The notes beneath the pieces are model-generated. The model saw only the letters and a program-made list of their open reading frames with translations, was not told where the DNA came from and searched no databases. From IMG/VR virus record IMGVR_UViG_3300021135_000003: a stretch of 64,000 nt of DNA, one strand, 5' to 3'. This stretch comes from a virus. Positions 9,210-18,714 of the stretch are shown one piece after another; position 1 is the stretch's first letter; each line of letters begins with the position of its first letter. The position numbers and the translations under genes are program-made.

Positions 9210-10604
9210 ATGGCCAAATTTGAAATTACCGCACATAATCCTTTAACCAAAGATACACGTAAAATAATTTACGATTCTTCTAGAAGTACATTGAAATGGG
9301 AAGATGGTACTGATCTAGTAGATTTTCCAAAAACACCAACAATTATTGCAGAAAAACAAATTAAAATTCAGCAAGGCAAGCGCGACTTATCAACAATAAA
9401 AATTCAGCTTGGTCTTTCGTGTAATTTTGAATGTGATTATTGTAATCAAAGATTTGTACCCCACGCAGATTCAACTAATCCAGACGATGTATTTCCATTT
9501 GTTATGAATATGTCAACCTGGTATAAAGGTGGGGAAGATGGCCAAGGTAAAGGAACTAAAATTGAATTTTGGGGTGGAGAGCCATTCGTTTATTGGAAAA
9601 CAATGAAACCTCTTGCTGAAATGATAAGGATGCGATACCCTAATGCAGAATTTGGAGTTATTACAAACGGTAGTCTGTTGGACCAAGAGAAAAATGATTG
9701 GTTAGAAAAACTAAATTTCTCTGTTTCAGTATCACATGATGGTCCAGGTCAATTTGTTCGTGGTCCAGATCCATTATTAGATACTACCTCAAAGGCAGGT
9801 ATTATAGATTTATATAAAAGACTTGCGCCAAAACAACGATTTAGTTTTAATTCCATGATTAATAGTAAGAATATTAGTCGTGTTGATATTGAAGCATTTT
9901 TTGTAAAATTTGTTGTCGATGAAATTGGACCAACATACTTAAATCATCTTATGATAGGTGAGGGTACTTTTGTTGATGCCTATGATGAAGGTGGATTGGC
10001 TAATTCATTATTAGACGAGGAAGAAGATATTGCATTTAGAAATAAATCTTTAATGGATTTACGTTCTGGTAATGCAATGAAGTTTGGTACAATTCATGAT
10101 AAAGTAAAGGGTTTTATTGCATCACTAGAAACGAGAATCCCTCTTGAAGTTGTTACTCAAAAGTGCGGTATGGACAAACCTGAGAATATTGCGATTGACT
10201 TAAATGGTAACGTGTTAACCTGCCAAAATGTAAGCACAGCTTCGATTAATCCTGCAGGTGTTTCTCATCATATTGGCCATGTTTCTAATCTGGAAGCAGT
10301 TGATTTAAAAACATCAACTCACTGGAGTGATAGAGAAGAATGCCCAAATTGTCCAGTAGTTCATATTTGTAAAGGTGCTTGTATGTTTCTTTCTGGAGAA
10401 CTTTGGGAAGCATCTTGTAATAATGCCTTTAGTGATAATATAACTGTACTAACAATCGCTATAGAGATTCTTTCCAAGGGATATGTTCTTGGTTATATTG
10501 AAGGACCATTACGTCAAGATAGAAAAGATGTTTACTGGTGGATGAATGGTAAACCAGAAAATACTCGTAAAGCAAAAAAAGTAATCTCAATTATGGCAGT
10601 ATAA
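9210..10604 (+). CDS. Radical SAM enzyme with C-terminal SPASM domain (peptide/protein maturase class)
   Basis: CNFECDYC (CxxxCxxC), FWGGEP, ITNG and SVSHDG, plus SPASM cysteines KCG…DLNGNVLTC…CPNCPVVHICKGAC…C. Confidence 0.92.
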   Translation: MAKFEITAHNPLTKDTRKIIYDSSRSTLKWEDGTDLVDFPKTPTIIAEKQIKIQQGKRDLSTIKIQLGLSCNFECDYCNQRFVPHADSTNPDDVFPFVMNMSTWYKGGEDGQGKGTKIEFWGGEPFVYWKTMKPLAEMIRMRYPNAEFGVITNGSLLDQEKNDWLEKLNFSVSVSHDGPGQFVRGPDPLLDTTSKAGIIDLYKRLAPKQRFSFNSMINSKNISRVDIEAFFVKFVVDEIGPTYLNHLMIGEGTFVDAYDEGGLANSLLDEEEDIAFRNKSLMDLRSGNAMKFGTIHDKVKGFIASLETRIPLEVVTQKCGMDKPENIAIDLNGNVLTCQNVSTASINPAGVSHHIGHVSNLEAVDLKTSTHWSDREECPNCPVVHICKGACMFLSGELWEASCNNAFSDNITVLTIAIEILSKGYVLGYIEGPLRQDRKDVYWWMNGKPENTRKAKKVISIMAV

Positions 10605-10605
10605 G

Positions 10606-10899
10606 ATGGAATCATTCATTAAAGGGTATCTTTTTGAAATTAATGGATTCCCAAGAAATAACGATCTTTTTACGATAAAAGATTATTTTTATTACGAATC
10701 AAATACACCAGAATATGGGTATAGAGACACAATTATCCCACGAGAACTTGTTATAAATAATGATGAAATTCCAGATGAAGGTATCATAAGAGAACTTATA
10801 AATAAAGGTATATTCTCTATGAAAAGGTCAATTGACCTAAATAAACAAACAGAAACGTGGTTTTTTGAAACTAAGTGTTTAAAGGAAATAAACAAATGA
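10606..10899 (+). CDS. Hypothetical 97-aa protein in the radical SAM cassette
   Basis: Starts 1 nt after the rSAM stop; its stop overlaps the next start (ATGA). Confidence 0.6.
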   Translation: MESFIKGYLFEINGFPRNNDLFTIKDYFYYESNTPEYGYRDTIIPRELVINNDEIPDEGIIRELINKGIFSMKRSIDLNKQTETWFFETKCLKEINK

Positions 10900-11843
10900 C
10901 AACCAAACATGTAAAATGGGTTATTGCCCACGAGCCAATCGGCTTATTTTTGAAAGTTGCAGAAGCATTTTCTGCTGAAGTTAACGAGAAAACTAATGGT
11001 GCATTTAACATCGAAGTTCTTTCTTTAACTGACTATACTAACAAGTATAATGCTGGTAAGAAAATTACCAAGAATGAACTAATGGAGTTGGTTGATAATG
11101 GCACTATCGAAATGAGCCATATCTACACTACTTGGTTGGCTGATTACAATAAAGATCTTCATGCTTTAGATCTACCATTCCTATTCCGCGATCATGATCA
11201 CGCTAATGCAGTTTTAGAAGGCGAGATCGGTGCTGAGTTATTAGCAGGTGTTGCTAAGAATTCTAATACTCACGCTATGTCTTTCACTTACTCTGGTGGA
11301 TATCGTGTTGTTCCAGCTAACTTCCGTGCTGATACTGTAGAAGCATGGCAAGGTCAAACAGTTCGTACTTCTCGTAGCCCAGTTGCTGTTGAAACTTTCA
11401 AACTTCTTGGTGCTGAGCCAAAAGAGCATATCGCTCTTGAGGAAATGAATGAATTTGCAGATCGCGGTGAGATCGCTGCTGGTGAGTCTACTTACGTACG
11501 TATTTTCCCACTAGATCAATATAAGTCTTTCAAAGTTGTTAATGATACAGCACACAGCTTGTTCTTGACTTCTATTATCGTTAATAAAGATTTCATGAGC
11601 CAGTTTGATGATGAGACTCAAGAGATTATGGCTACTGCTGCATTCAATGCTGCTCGTAAAGAGCGTCGCGAATCAGTTGCTGATATTCCTAACATTCTTG
11701 CAGAATGTGAAGCCAAAGGTGTTGAAGTTGTTCGTATGTCTGCTGAAGAAGAAAGTAAGTTCAAACAAGTTACTTCTAAGGTATATGAGAAATTTGCTGA
11801 TTACTTCACTCCAGGTTTGGTTCAGAAGATTCAGTTACATTAA
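10896..11843 (+). CDS. TRAP-transporter DctP-like solute-binding protein, no signal peptide
   Basis: FSAEVNEKTNGAFNIEV, LDLPFLFRDHDHA, GGYR, GQTVRT and FKLLGA motifs of the DctP family. AAGGA SD before ATG 10896. No hydrophobic N-terminal signal. Confidence 0.8.
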   Translation: MTTKHVKWVIAHEPIGLFLKVAEAFSAEVNEKTNGAFNIEVLSLTDYTNKYNAGKKITKNELMELVDNGTIEMSHIYTTWLADYNKDLHALDLPFLFRDHDHANAVLEGEIGAELLAGVAKNSNTHAMSFTYSGGYRVVPANFRADTVEAWQGQTVRTSRSPVAVETFKLLGAEPKEHIALEEMNEFADRGEIAAGESTYVRIFPLDQYKSFKVVNDTAHSLFLTSIIVNKDFMSQFDDETQEIMATAAFNAARKERRESVADIPNILAECEAKGVEVVRMSAEEESKFKQVTSKVYEKFADYFTPGLVQKIQLH

Positions 11844-11866
11844 TTGTAATTAATGCCTAAATATGA

Positions 11867-11888
11867 GGGAGCTTCGGCTCCCTTTTTA
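11867..11888 (+). terminator. Intrinsic terminator with cUUCGg tetraloop
   Basis: gggagc-ttcg-gctccc-ttttt after the DctP-like gene. Confidence 0.8.
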
Positions 11889-11902
11889 TTTTGAAAGATA
11901 TT

Positions 11903-12967
11903 ATGAATAAACCAAAACATCCAGAAATTTTATATTATGATGTAAATAATGTATCAAAATATATGAAAGGACGTCCTGAAGATTTAATAAATTTTTCAGT
12001 TGAACGTAACGCTCAAACATATTTTGAATTGTATGAACTCTTTGGATTAAACAAGTATAATGTTGTCTACGATAGAACTGGGAACTTACCCCATTATCTT
12101 AGAATGGTTCCAGATTTATATCCAATACCAGATGCAGATATAAGTTATAATAAATCATTCTTTGAAGTAACAGAACAAAGATGTAAAGAATTACTTGCTC
12201 TAAACAAACCAATAAATGTTATGTGGTCTGGTGGTATTGATAGCACCTTTGTTTTGTTTATGTTACATTATTTTGCAAACGATAAAGATCAAGTTCGAGT
12301 TTGTGGGACTTATAATTCTATAATAGAATCTGGGGATATGTTTGACAGAAAAATTAAACATATGTTCAACCATAAGATAACAATCCCATTTACTAATGAG
12401 ATTAATTACCAAGAAGATGGGATCTATGTAAGCGGAATGTGCGGGAATCAGTTATTTGGTCCAACTGATGATATGTTTGCAACAGGTGGACCAGCAATGT
12501 TCCACCACACTCTTGGCACAAAAGAAACCATATATGAGCCGTATGAGAAAAATGTTGATCAAAAATTCTTGGAATTTTTAGATCCAGCGATCAAAGCCAG
12601 CCCAAGAAAACTTGAAACTGTCGCAGATTTACGATGGTATTGCATTTTTAATTTAGATTGGTATACTGCAGTTTATGAACATAAGATACGATTAGAACCA
12701 TCTAAGGCGGAGAAGATTCATGGGTTTTTTAATTCCATCGAATTTCAAAAATGGGCAGTAAATACTAAAGAGCCGTTCACAAAGATAAGAGGGGATTCAA
12801 CTACTCATCGATGGCAGATGAGAGAAATCCTTAAAGATCTATTTGGTGAAGAACATTATGCATTAAACAAAACGAAAAAGATATCTAATTTTGGAATCAA
12901 TCAGCAGAACTGGATTTTTCTACTAGAAGGATATCATAATGTTTTTGTCGACCAAGATGCAAACTAA
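11903..12967 (+). CDS. Adenine-nucleotide alpha-hydrolase (PP-loop) protein, asparagine-synthetase C-domain-like
   Basis: VMWSGGIDS PP-loop; SGMCGNQLFG resembles the AsnB (S/T)GxG(A/G)DExFG motif. No N-terminal Ntn glutaminase Cys. Confidence 0.7.
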   Translation: MNKPKHPEILYYDVNNVSKYMKGRPEDLINFSVERNAQTYFELYELFGLNKYNVVYDRTGNLPHYLRMVPDLYPIPDADISYNKSFFEVTEQRCKELLALNKPINVMWSGGIDSTFVLFMLHYFANDKDQVRVCGTYNSIIESGDMFDRKIKHMFNHKITIPFTNEINYQEDGIYVSGMCGNQLFGPTDDMFATGGPAMFHHTLGTKETIYEPYEKNVDQKFLEFLDPAIKASPRKLETVADLRWYCIFNLDWYTAVYEHKIRLEPSKAEKIHGFFNSIEFQKWAVNTKEPFTKIRGDSTTHRWQMREILKDLFGEEHYALNKTKKISNFGINQQNWIFLLEGYHNVFVDQDAN

Positions 12968-12985
12968 GTCCCAACTTCCGTATCT

Positions 12986-12993
12986 TATAAATA
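12986..12993 (+). promoter_or_regulatory. T4 late promoter TATAAATA
   Basis: Exact consensus upstream of the 13027 structural operon. Confidence 0.75.
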
Positions 12994-13026
12994 AAGAGGT
13001 ATAAGAATAGTGTTTAGGATGGGTCA

Positions 13027-13362
13027 ATGGCTACTATTAGCAATCTTTTCGTGGACGCTGGAAGCGATTACAGTAACATAATTACTGTTAGTTCAACCAA
13101 CGGACAACCTCTGAATTTAGGTGGGTATACTGTAGCTTCTCAGATGAGAAAGTCCTACAGTTCATCCACAGCATATGCATTTACCGCAACAGTTTATGAC
13201 GCTGCCAATGGTAAAGTTAGACTCCAACTATCCGCTTCAGATTCTTCAGCTATTCCCGCAGGGAGATGGCTTTATGACGTGGAGATCACTTCTGCATCTG
13301 GTTCAAAAACCAGAGTAGTAGAGGGTATCGTAACAATAACCCCACAGATAACACAAATATAA
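13027..13362 (+). CDS. Small Ig-like virion/fibre-adaptor protein
   Basis: GSDYS…NLGGYTVASQMRKSY…GRWLYDVEI…TRVVEGIVTITP pattern common in T4-like fibre regions. Confidence 0.7.
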   Translation: MATISNLFVDAGSDYSNIITVSSTNGQPLNLGGYTVASQMRKSYSSSTAYAFTATVYDAANGKVRLQLSASDSSAIPAGRWLYDVEITSASGSKTRVVEGIVTITPQITQI

Positions 13363-13613
13363 TGGCAGATATAGTAGCAGTTGTAACCCCAGACCAAGCA
13401 TTATCGGTCGCAGTTTCGGAAGGTGTTCTTACACTTTCACAAACAAATTTAGCTGCGCCAGCTGTGGTTGAATCGATTTCAAATATCGCCGATGTCGATA
13501 TTACTACTTACGGTAAAGTAAACGGGTCCATACTGGTTTACAAAACAAATACAAATAAATGGACAGCTTCCACTACGCTTGATGCGCAGAATATGGAAGG
13601 TGGCGAATTTTAA
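13362..13613 (+). CDS. Small fibre-associated protein
   Basis: Coupled ORF with DVD…NGSILVY…KW and a terminal EGGEF motif. Confidence 0.6.
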   Translation: MADIVAVVTPDQALSVAVSEGVLTLSQTNLAAPAVVESISNIADVDITTYGKVNGSILVYKTNTNKWTASTTLDAQNMEGGEF

Positions 13614-13627
13614 TCGGAGAATAAAAG

Positions 13628-16600
13628 ATGGCATCAATAATTAGAATTAAGCGTTCATCGACAGCGGGAAATCCAAGTACACTTGGTGCTGGTGAATTAG
13701 CGTATTCAGCCTACGCTGGCGCAGGTGGTAATCGCTTATATATCGGTATTGGATCAGAGACTACAGGTAATGCAGCAAATCACTATGTAATCGGTGGTAC
13801 TTACTATACTGGTTTAATCGACGCATCAACTGCTGGTACATTAACTACTAACGCATCATCAATTCCAGTTCTATCATCAACTGGTACTATTGATAAGTGG
13901 TTAGTTGGTAATACTCAATTAACTGGTAATACTTTAAGCACAACAAATACCAATGGCAACTTAGTTCTTAATCCGAACGGCACTGGTATGGTTCAAATTG
14001 CTGGTACTTGGACACTACCAAGATCAGCTGGTACTAACACTTACGTATTGACTACCAATGGCACTGATACTGCTTCTTGGCAGCCAACTGTTGCAACATT
14101 ATCTCTTGCAGCTGGTGGTGGTACAACCAGCACAGTAAACCTATTAAATCAGACATTAACAGTCGCTGGTGGTAATGGTATTACTACTACTGTTTCTGGT
14201 CAAACAATTACAATTTCTTCTATCGGTGCAGGTGGATATAGTTCTACTGCCACTGGTGCAGGTGTTACAACTTTATCTGCTTCTAGTCCAGCAAACCAGT
14301 TCTTCACTGGTACAACTACTCAGACTGTTAAACTTCCTGACACATCAACATTAACTGTTGGTCAAGAATACATTCTTACTAATAACAGTACTGGTAATAT
14401 TACTGTTCAAACTTCTACTGGTGGTGGATTATTAGTTCAGCTTGCTGGTCAACAAGTAACATATACCGTTTCATCTATCTCTACTCAATCTTGGGTATAT
14501 GAATACAGTGGTTATAACTCTGTAACTGGTACAGGTTCAGTTGTTCTTGCTAACAGCCCAACTTTAGTAACCCCAACATTAGGTGCTGCAACTGCAACTA
14601 GCATTGTTACTTCTGCTGGTTTAGTTTCTTCTGGTATTTTCAGTGGAACATATTCTGATGGTATAATTCTTGATTACGATTCAGGTAATAGTAATGCTCG
14701 TGTTTCTGCTGGTTCTGGCGATAGTATTACTTTCTACAATGCTGCTGATGCTACTCGTGTTCAATTATTAAAAATTGGATCTACTGGGCATATTACGCTT
14801 GAAGGAGTTACTTCTACTGGAGCAACTGGTACTGGTAATTTTGTATTCAGTACTAGCCCATCATTAACAACTCCAACTATTGGTTCTGCTGGTGCGAACT
14901 TTTCTGGTTCTACTTCTGGTACTATCACTCTTGCAGCTACTGCGATTGCTGGTTCAAATACATTAACATTACCAGCAGCAACTGATACATTAGTTGGTCG
15001 TGCTACTACTGATACATTAACTAATAAGACTTTTGATACAGCTGGCGCAGGAAATGTCTTTAAGATTAATGGAACACAGATTACATCAAATACTGGTACT
15101 GGCGCCAATGTTTTAGCAGTTTCTCCAACAATTACTGGTCATCCAACAATTGAAGGTGTTACTTCTACTGGTGCAACTGGTACTGGTAACTTTGTATTCA
15201 GTTCTAGTCCAATTTTAGTTACTCCAACTCTTGGAGTTGCAACTGCCACAAGTATTAATGGTTTAACAATTAGCACTACTACTGGCACATTAACTCTTGC
15301 CAATGGTAGCACTTTAGTTACTTCTGGTGCATATAGCACTACTTTAACATCTACTGGTTTAACAAACGTAACATTACCAACTACTGGTACTCTTGCTACT
15401 TTAGCCAATAGTGAAACATTAACTAATAAAACTTTATCTACAGGTTCTACTTGGAACGGTAATACAGTTGCTGTTGCTTACGGTGGTACTGGAACTACCA
15501 ATGGTTCTATCACTGGTACTGGCGCATTAGTATTTACTGCTGGTGGAACAAACCAGAACGTAGATTTGGTTCCATCTGGTACTGGTACTGTTGATGTTTC
15601 TTCTGCTCGTATTACTTCTCTAGGTACTCCTACTCAAGCAACTGATGCTGCTACTAAAGCATACGTTGACGGATTGAAGTCTGGTTTAGCAGTTAAATTC
15701 CCTGCTCGTTTAGCAACTACTGGTGCAAACTTATCTGTAACTGCTTCTGGTTCTGGCGCAGGAAAAACTCTTACTAACTCTGGCACACAAGCTGCTTTAG
15801 TTATTGACTCTGTTCCTGCTGTTGTTGGTGATCGTGTTCTTATTAAAGATCAATCAACTGCTAAAGATAATGGTATCTTTGTTGTTACAAATATCGGTTC
15901 TGCTTCTACAAACTGGGTATTGACTCGCGCAACTGATGCTGATGGCGCAACAACTACTGGTACAATGGATCCAGGTGCATTTATCTTTGTTACTGAGGGT
16001 ACATTAAATGCTAACTCTGGTTACGTAATTGCTGAGTTTTCTTCTGATGTAGCAACTATTACTGTTGATACAAACCCAATTAACTTCGTTCAGTTCTCAG
16101 GTGCTGGTGAAATTAATGCTGGTTCTGGTTTATCTAAGAATGGTAATACACTATCAGTAAACGTAGATAATGCAACATTATCAATTACTGGTGGTAACCT
16201 ACAAGTTAATACAGGCTACGTTGGTCAAACAAGCATTACTACATTAGGTACTATTACTACTGGTACTTGGCATGGTAACGTACTTGGCGCTACATATGGT
16301 GGTACTGGTGTTAACAATGGTTCAAATACTATCACTCTTGGTGGTAATATTAACACTGCTGGTGCACTTACAACTTATGGCGCATTCCCAATTGCAATTA
16401 CTGCAACTGCCAATACTGGTGTAACACTACCAACTACTGGTACTCTTGCTACTCTGGCAAACTCAGAAACACTAACTAATAAGACACTTGGTTCAGGTTC
16501 TACTTGGAATGGTAATACTATAAATGTTGGATATGGTGGTACTGGTATTACTACTGCTACTCAGTATGGTATCGTTTATGGTAATGGTTCTGGTCCACTA

Positions 16601-16717
16601 CAAGTTACTGCTGCAGCTGCTGGTGGTTCTGGAACTGATTTAAGTTATCAAATATTAACTGTGAATTCTTCTGGAGTTCCAATGTGGTCATCATCAATTG
16701 ATGGTGGTACGTATTAA
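13628..16717 (+). CDS. Long tail fibre protein
   Basis: MASIIRIKRS…LGAGELAYS start, G/T/S-rich repeats, DAATKAYVD, GDRVLIKDQ…NGIF…LTRA.D, QFSGAG and terminal IDGGTY. Confidence 0.85.
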   Translation: MASIIRIKRSSTAGNPSTLGAGELAYSAYAGAGGNRLYIGIGSETTGNAANHYVIGGTYYTGLIDASTAGTLTTNASSIPVLSSTGTIDKWLVGNTQLTGNTLSTTNTNGNLVLNPNGTGMVQIAGTWTLPRSAGTNTYVLTTNGTDTASWQPTVATLSLAAGGGTTSTVNLLNQTLTVAGGNGITTTVSGQTITISSIGAGGYSSTATGAGVTTLSASSPANQFFTGTTTQTVKLPDTSTLTVGQEYILTNNSTGNITVQTSTGGGLLVQLAGQQVTYTVSSISTQSWVYEYSGYNSVTGTGSVVLANSPTLVTPTLGAATATSIVTSAGLVSSGIFSGTYSDGIILDYDSGNSNARVSAGSGDSITFYNAADATRVQLLKIGSTGHITLEGVTSTGATGTGNFVFSTSPSLTTPTIGSAGANFSGSTSGTITLAATAIAGSNTLTLPAATDTLVGRATTDTLTNKTFDTAGAGNVFKINGTQITSNTGTGANVLAVSPTITGHPTIEGVTSTGATGTGNFVFSSSPILVTPTLGVATATSINGLTISTTTGTLTLANGSTLVTSGAYSTTLTSTGLTNVTLPTTGTLATLANSETLTNKTLSTGSTWNGNTVAVAYGGTGTTNGSITGTGALVFTAGGTNQNVDLVPSGTGTVDVSSARITSLGTPTQATDAATKAYVDGLKSGLAVKFPARLATTGANLSVTASGSGAGKTLTNSGTQAALVIDSVPAVVGDRVLIKDQSTAKDNGIFVVTNIGSASTNWVLTRATDADGATTTGTMDPGAFIFVTEGTLNANSGYVIAEFSSDVATITVDTNPINFVQFSGAGEINAGSGLSKNGNTLSVNVDNATLSITGGNLQVNTGYVGQTSITTLGTITTGTWHGNVLGATYGGTGVNNGSNTITLGGNINTAGALTTYGAFPIAITATANTGVTLPTTGTLATLANSETLTNKTLGSGSTWNGNTINVGYGGTGITTATQYGIVYGNGSGPLQVTAAAAGGSGTDLSYQILTVNSSGVPMWSSSIDGGTY

Positions 16718-16731
16718 TTAAAATTTAGTAT

Positions 16732-16753
16732 AGAGGGAATTTTTATTCCCTCT
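16732..16753 (+). terminator. Hairpin (possible terminator or RNA stabiliser)
   Basis: agagggaat-tttt-attccctct. Confidence 0.5.
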
Positions 16754-16775
16754 GTTAACCTTTTTAGGGATATGA

Positions 16776-18704
16776 ATGAGTACAGGAATTCTACTCAAGA
16801 AGTCATCAGTCTCAGGTAAAGTACCTCAGCCTACTGACTTAAATTACGGTGAAATAGCATTAAACTATGCTGATGGATTATTGTATTTTAAAAATTCTTC
16901 TAATACAATACAATCATTCACAAGTAATCTTTCATCATATGTTACCTTAACAGGTACACAAACCCTAACAAATAAAACCCTTTCTAGTCCAACTCTTACT
17001 GGTGCAGTAACAGCAGGTGGATCTACTGGAACTGCGGGACAATATCTACAAACAACTGGTACTGGTGTTCAGTGGGCAAATATTGCCACTGGGATTTCAT
17101 ATACTTTAGTAAATTCAAATACTACCGCAGTATCTGGTCAAGGTTATTTGGCGAATACGATTGGTGGTAGTTTTACAATTACCCTTCCAGCATCTCCACA
17201 AAATGGTAATTATGTAGTTATTGCTGACGATGCAAATTTTAATAGCAATAATTTAACCATTGCTGGTAATGGTTCTAGTATTGATGGTTATAATGCAAAT
17301 TTAGTGGCTGATGTTGCGGGAGTTGCAATAACTTTAGTGTTTGACGGAACTACTTGGAAAGTATATGCTCAAGTTGGAGCAACTGCTGGATACACAAATA
17401 CATTTAATGTACCAACTGCCACTAATAGTAATCTTGGTATAGTTCAACCAGACGGAACAACTATAACAATTAACTCTGGTGTAATCTCTGCTGCAAATCA
17501 ATCTTTTCAGCCAAATGGCGTAACTAATATTACTGCCAACAATACAACAACTACACTAACAGTTTCTACTGCTATAAACATAACAGTATCAGGAAATAAT
17601 ACTCAGATAATTAAATTACCTGATGCTACTACATTAAAAGCTGGCTGGATTTTCCGTATTAATAATAACACAAGTAGCGCATCGAGTTTAACAATAAACA
17701 ACAATGGTGGTGGCCAAGTTGGAACAGTTCCGCAGGGTGGTGATTGTCAAGTAATTTTATTAGATAATTCAACAACAAACGGATCATGGGATTTCCATGG
17801 TTGGATTCCTTCTAATCTTTTAATGGGGTCATCAGTTTTTCAACTAGGATCTTCCTCATATACTATTGGTCCATATAATTCCGCATTAAGTATTGGCACG
17901 TCAACTGCTGCAACTACATACAATTTTGGAACTGGTGCAACATTATCAGGTAATACCAAAACAATTAACATTGGTACTGGCGGTGCATCTGGTTCAACAA
18001 CAGTTGTAAATATTGGTTCGTCAAACTCTAGTAGTGTTGTTCTAAGTGGATTAATATCTTTAAACTATACTGGTGCTGGTTCTACTTCTACTTTAAACCT
18101 TGCTGGTTATAACAGCAAAGGTGGTACTGGTTATCACGACTTTTTAGTAGCAACTAATGGATATGGTAGCGCATCAAATCCAAACAAATGGTTTAGAATA
18201 GATTCTACTGGTAGTTTACAAGTTATTAATAGCGCATATTCTACAACTCTGTTTAGTTTAACTGATACTGGCGATTTAGGTATTAATGGTAGCATAACAA
18301 TGCCAAATCGACCAGCATTCCGAGTTTATGGTGGTGGCACAACAGCGATTAACGCAACAAATACACTTACTAGCAGCAACTGGGTTGTTGATTATCAGCA
18401 GGGTTCTAACTTAAACGGATCTACTGGTATTTTTACTGCTCCATTTGCTGGTTTATATCAAGTTAATCTAGTGGCAAGATGGGGTGGATCCGCAAATACA
18501 TCCGCAATTCAAGTTCAGAAAACAAGCGGTGGAACTACGACAACCCAAGTATATCTAGAGTGGGGTGGAAACTCAACAGCATTTCACTATGGTGGTTCTG
18601 CCGTTGTTAAACTCGCAGCTAATGATACACTTAAAGTAACTGTTACTTCTGGTACTGTTACATTTGATGCCAATGACTGTTGGTCCGTGGCTTTTATAGG
18701 ATAA
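16776..18704 (+). CDS. Tail fibre protein with C-terminal C1q/TNF-like head domain
   Basis: ILLKKSSVSGKVP…GEIALNYADGLLYFK start and a TITLPASP module. C-terminal PAFRVY…GIFTAPFAGLYQV…VKLAANDTL matches the C1q pattern. Confidence 0.8.
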   Translation: MSTGILLKKSSVSGKVPQPTDLNYGEIALNYADGLLYFKNSSNTIQSFTSNLSSYVTLTGTQTLTNKTLSSPTLTGAVTAGGSTGTAGQYLQTTGTGVQWANIATGISYTLVNSNTTAVSGQGYLANTIGGSFTITLPASPQNGNYVVIADDANFNSNNLTIAGNGSSIDGYNANLVADVAGVAITLVFDGTTWKVYAQVGATAGYTNTFNVPTATNSNLGIVQPDGTTITINSGVISAANQSFQPNGVTNITANNTTTTLTVSTAINITVSGNNTQIIKLPDATTLKAGWIFRINNNTSSASSLTINNNGGGQVGTVPQGGDCQVILLDNSTTNGSWDFHGWIPSNLLMGSSVFQLGSSSYTIGPYNSALSIGTSTAATTYNFGTGATLSGNTKTINIGTGGASGSTTVVNIGSSNSSSVVLSGLISLNYTGAGSTSTLNLAGYNSKGGTGYHDFLVATNGYGSASNPNKWFRIDSTGSLQVINSAYSTTLFSLTDTGDLGINGSITMPNRPAFRVYGGGTTAINATNTLTSSNWVVDYQQGSNLNGSTGIFTAPFAGLYQVNLVARWGGSANTSAIQVQKTSGGTTTTQVYLEWGGNSTAFHYGGSAVVKLAANDTLKVTVTSGTVTFDANDCWSVAFIG

Positions 18705-18714
18705 TAAATATAAT

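Noticed and set aside
9210-12967. Queuosine/7-deazaguanine pathway (QueE plus QueC)
   Set aside because: The rSAM is 464 aa with a SPASM domain, unlike the short QueE. The PP-loop protein lacks the QueC C-terminal zinc cysteine cluster. No QueD or FolE is adjacent.
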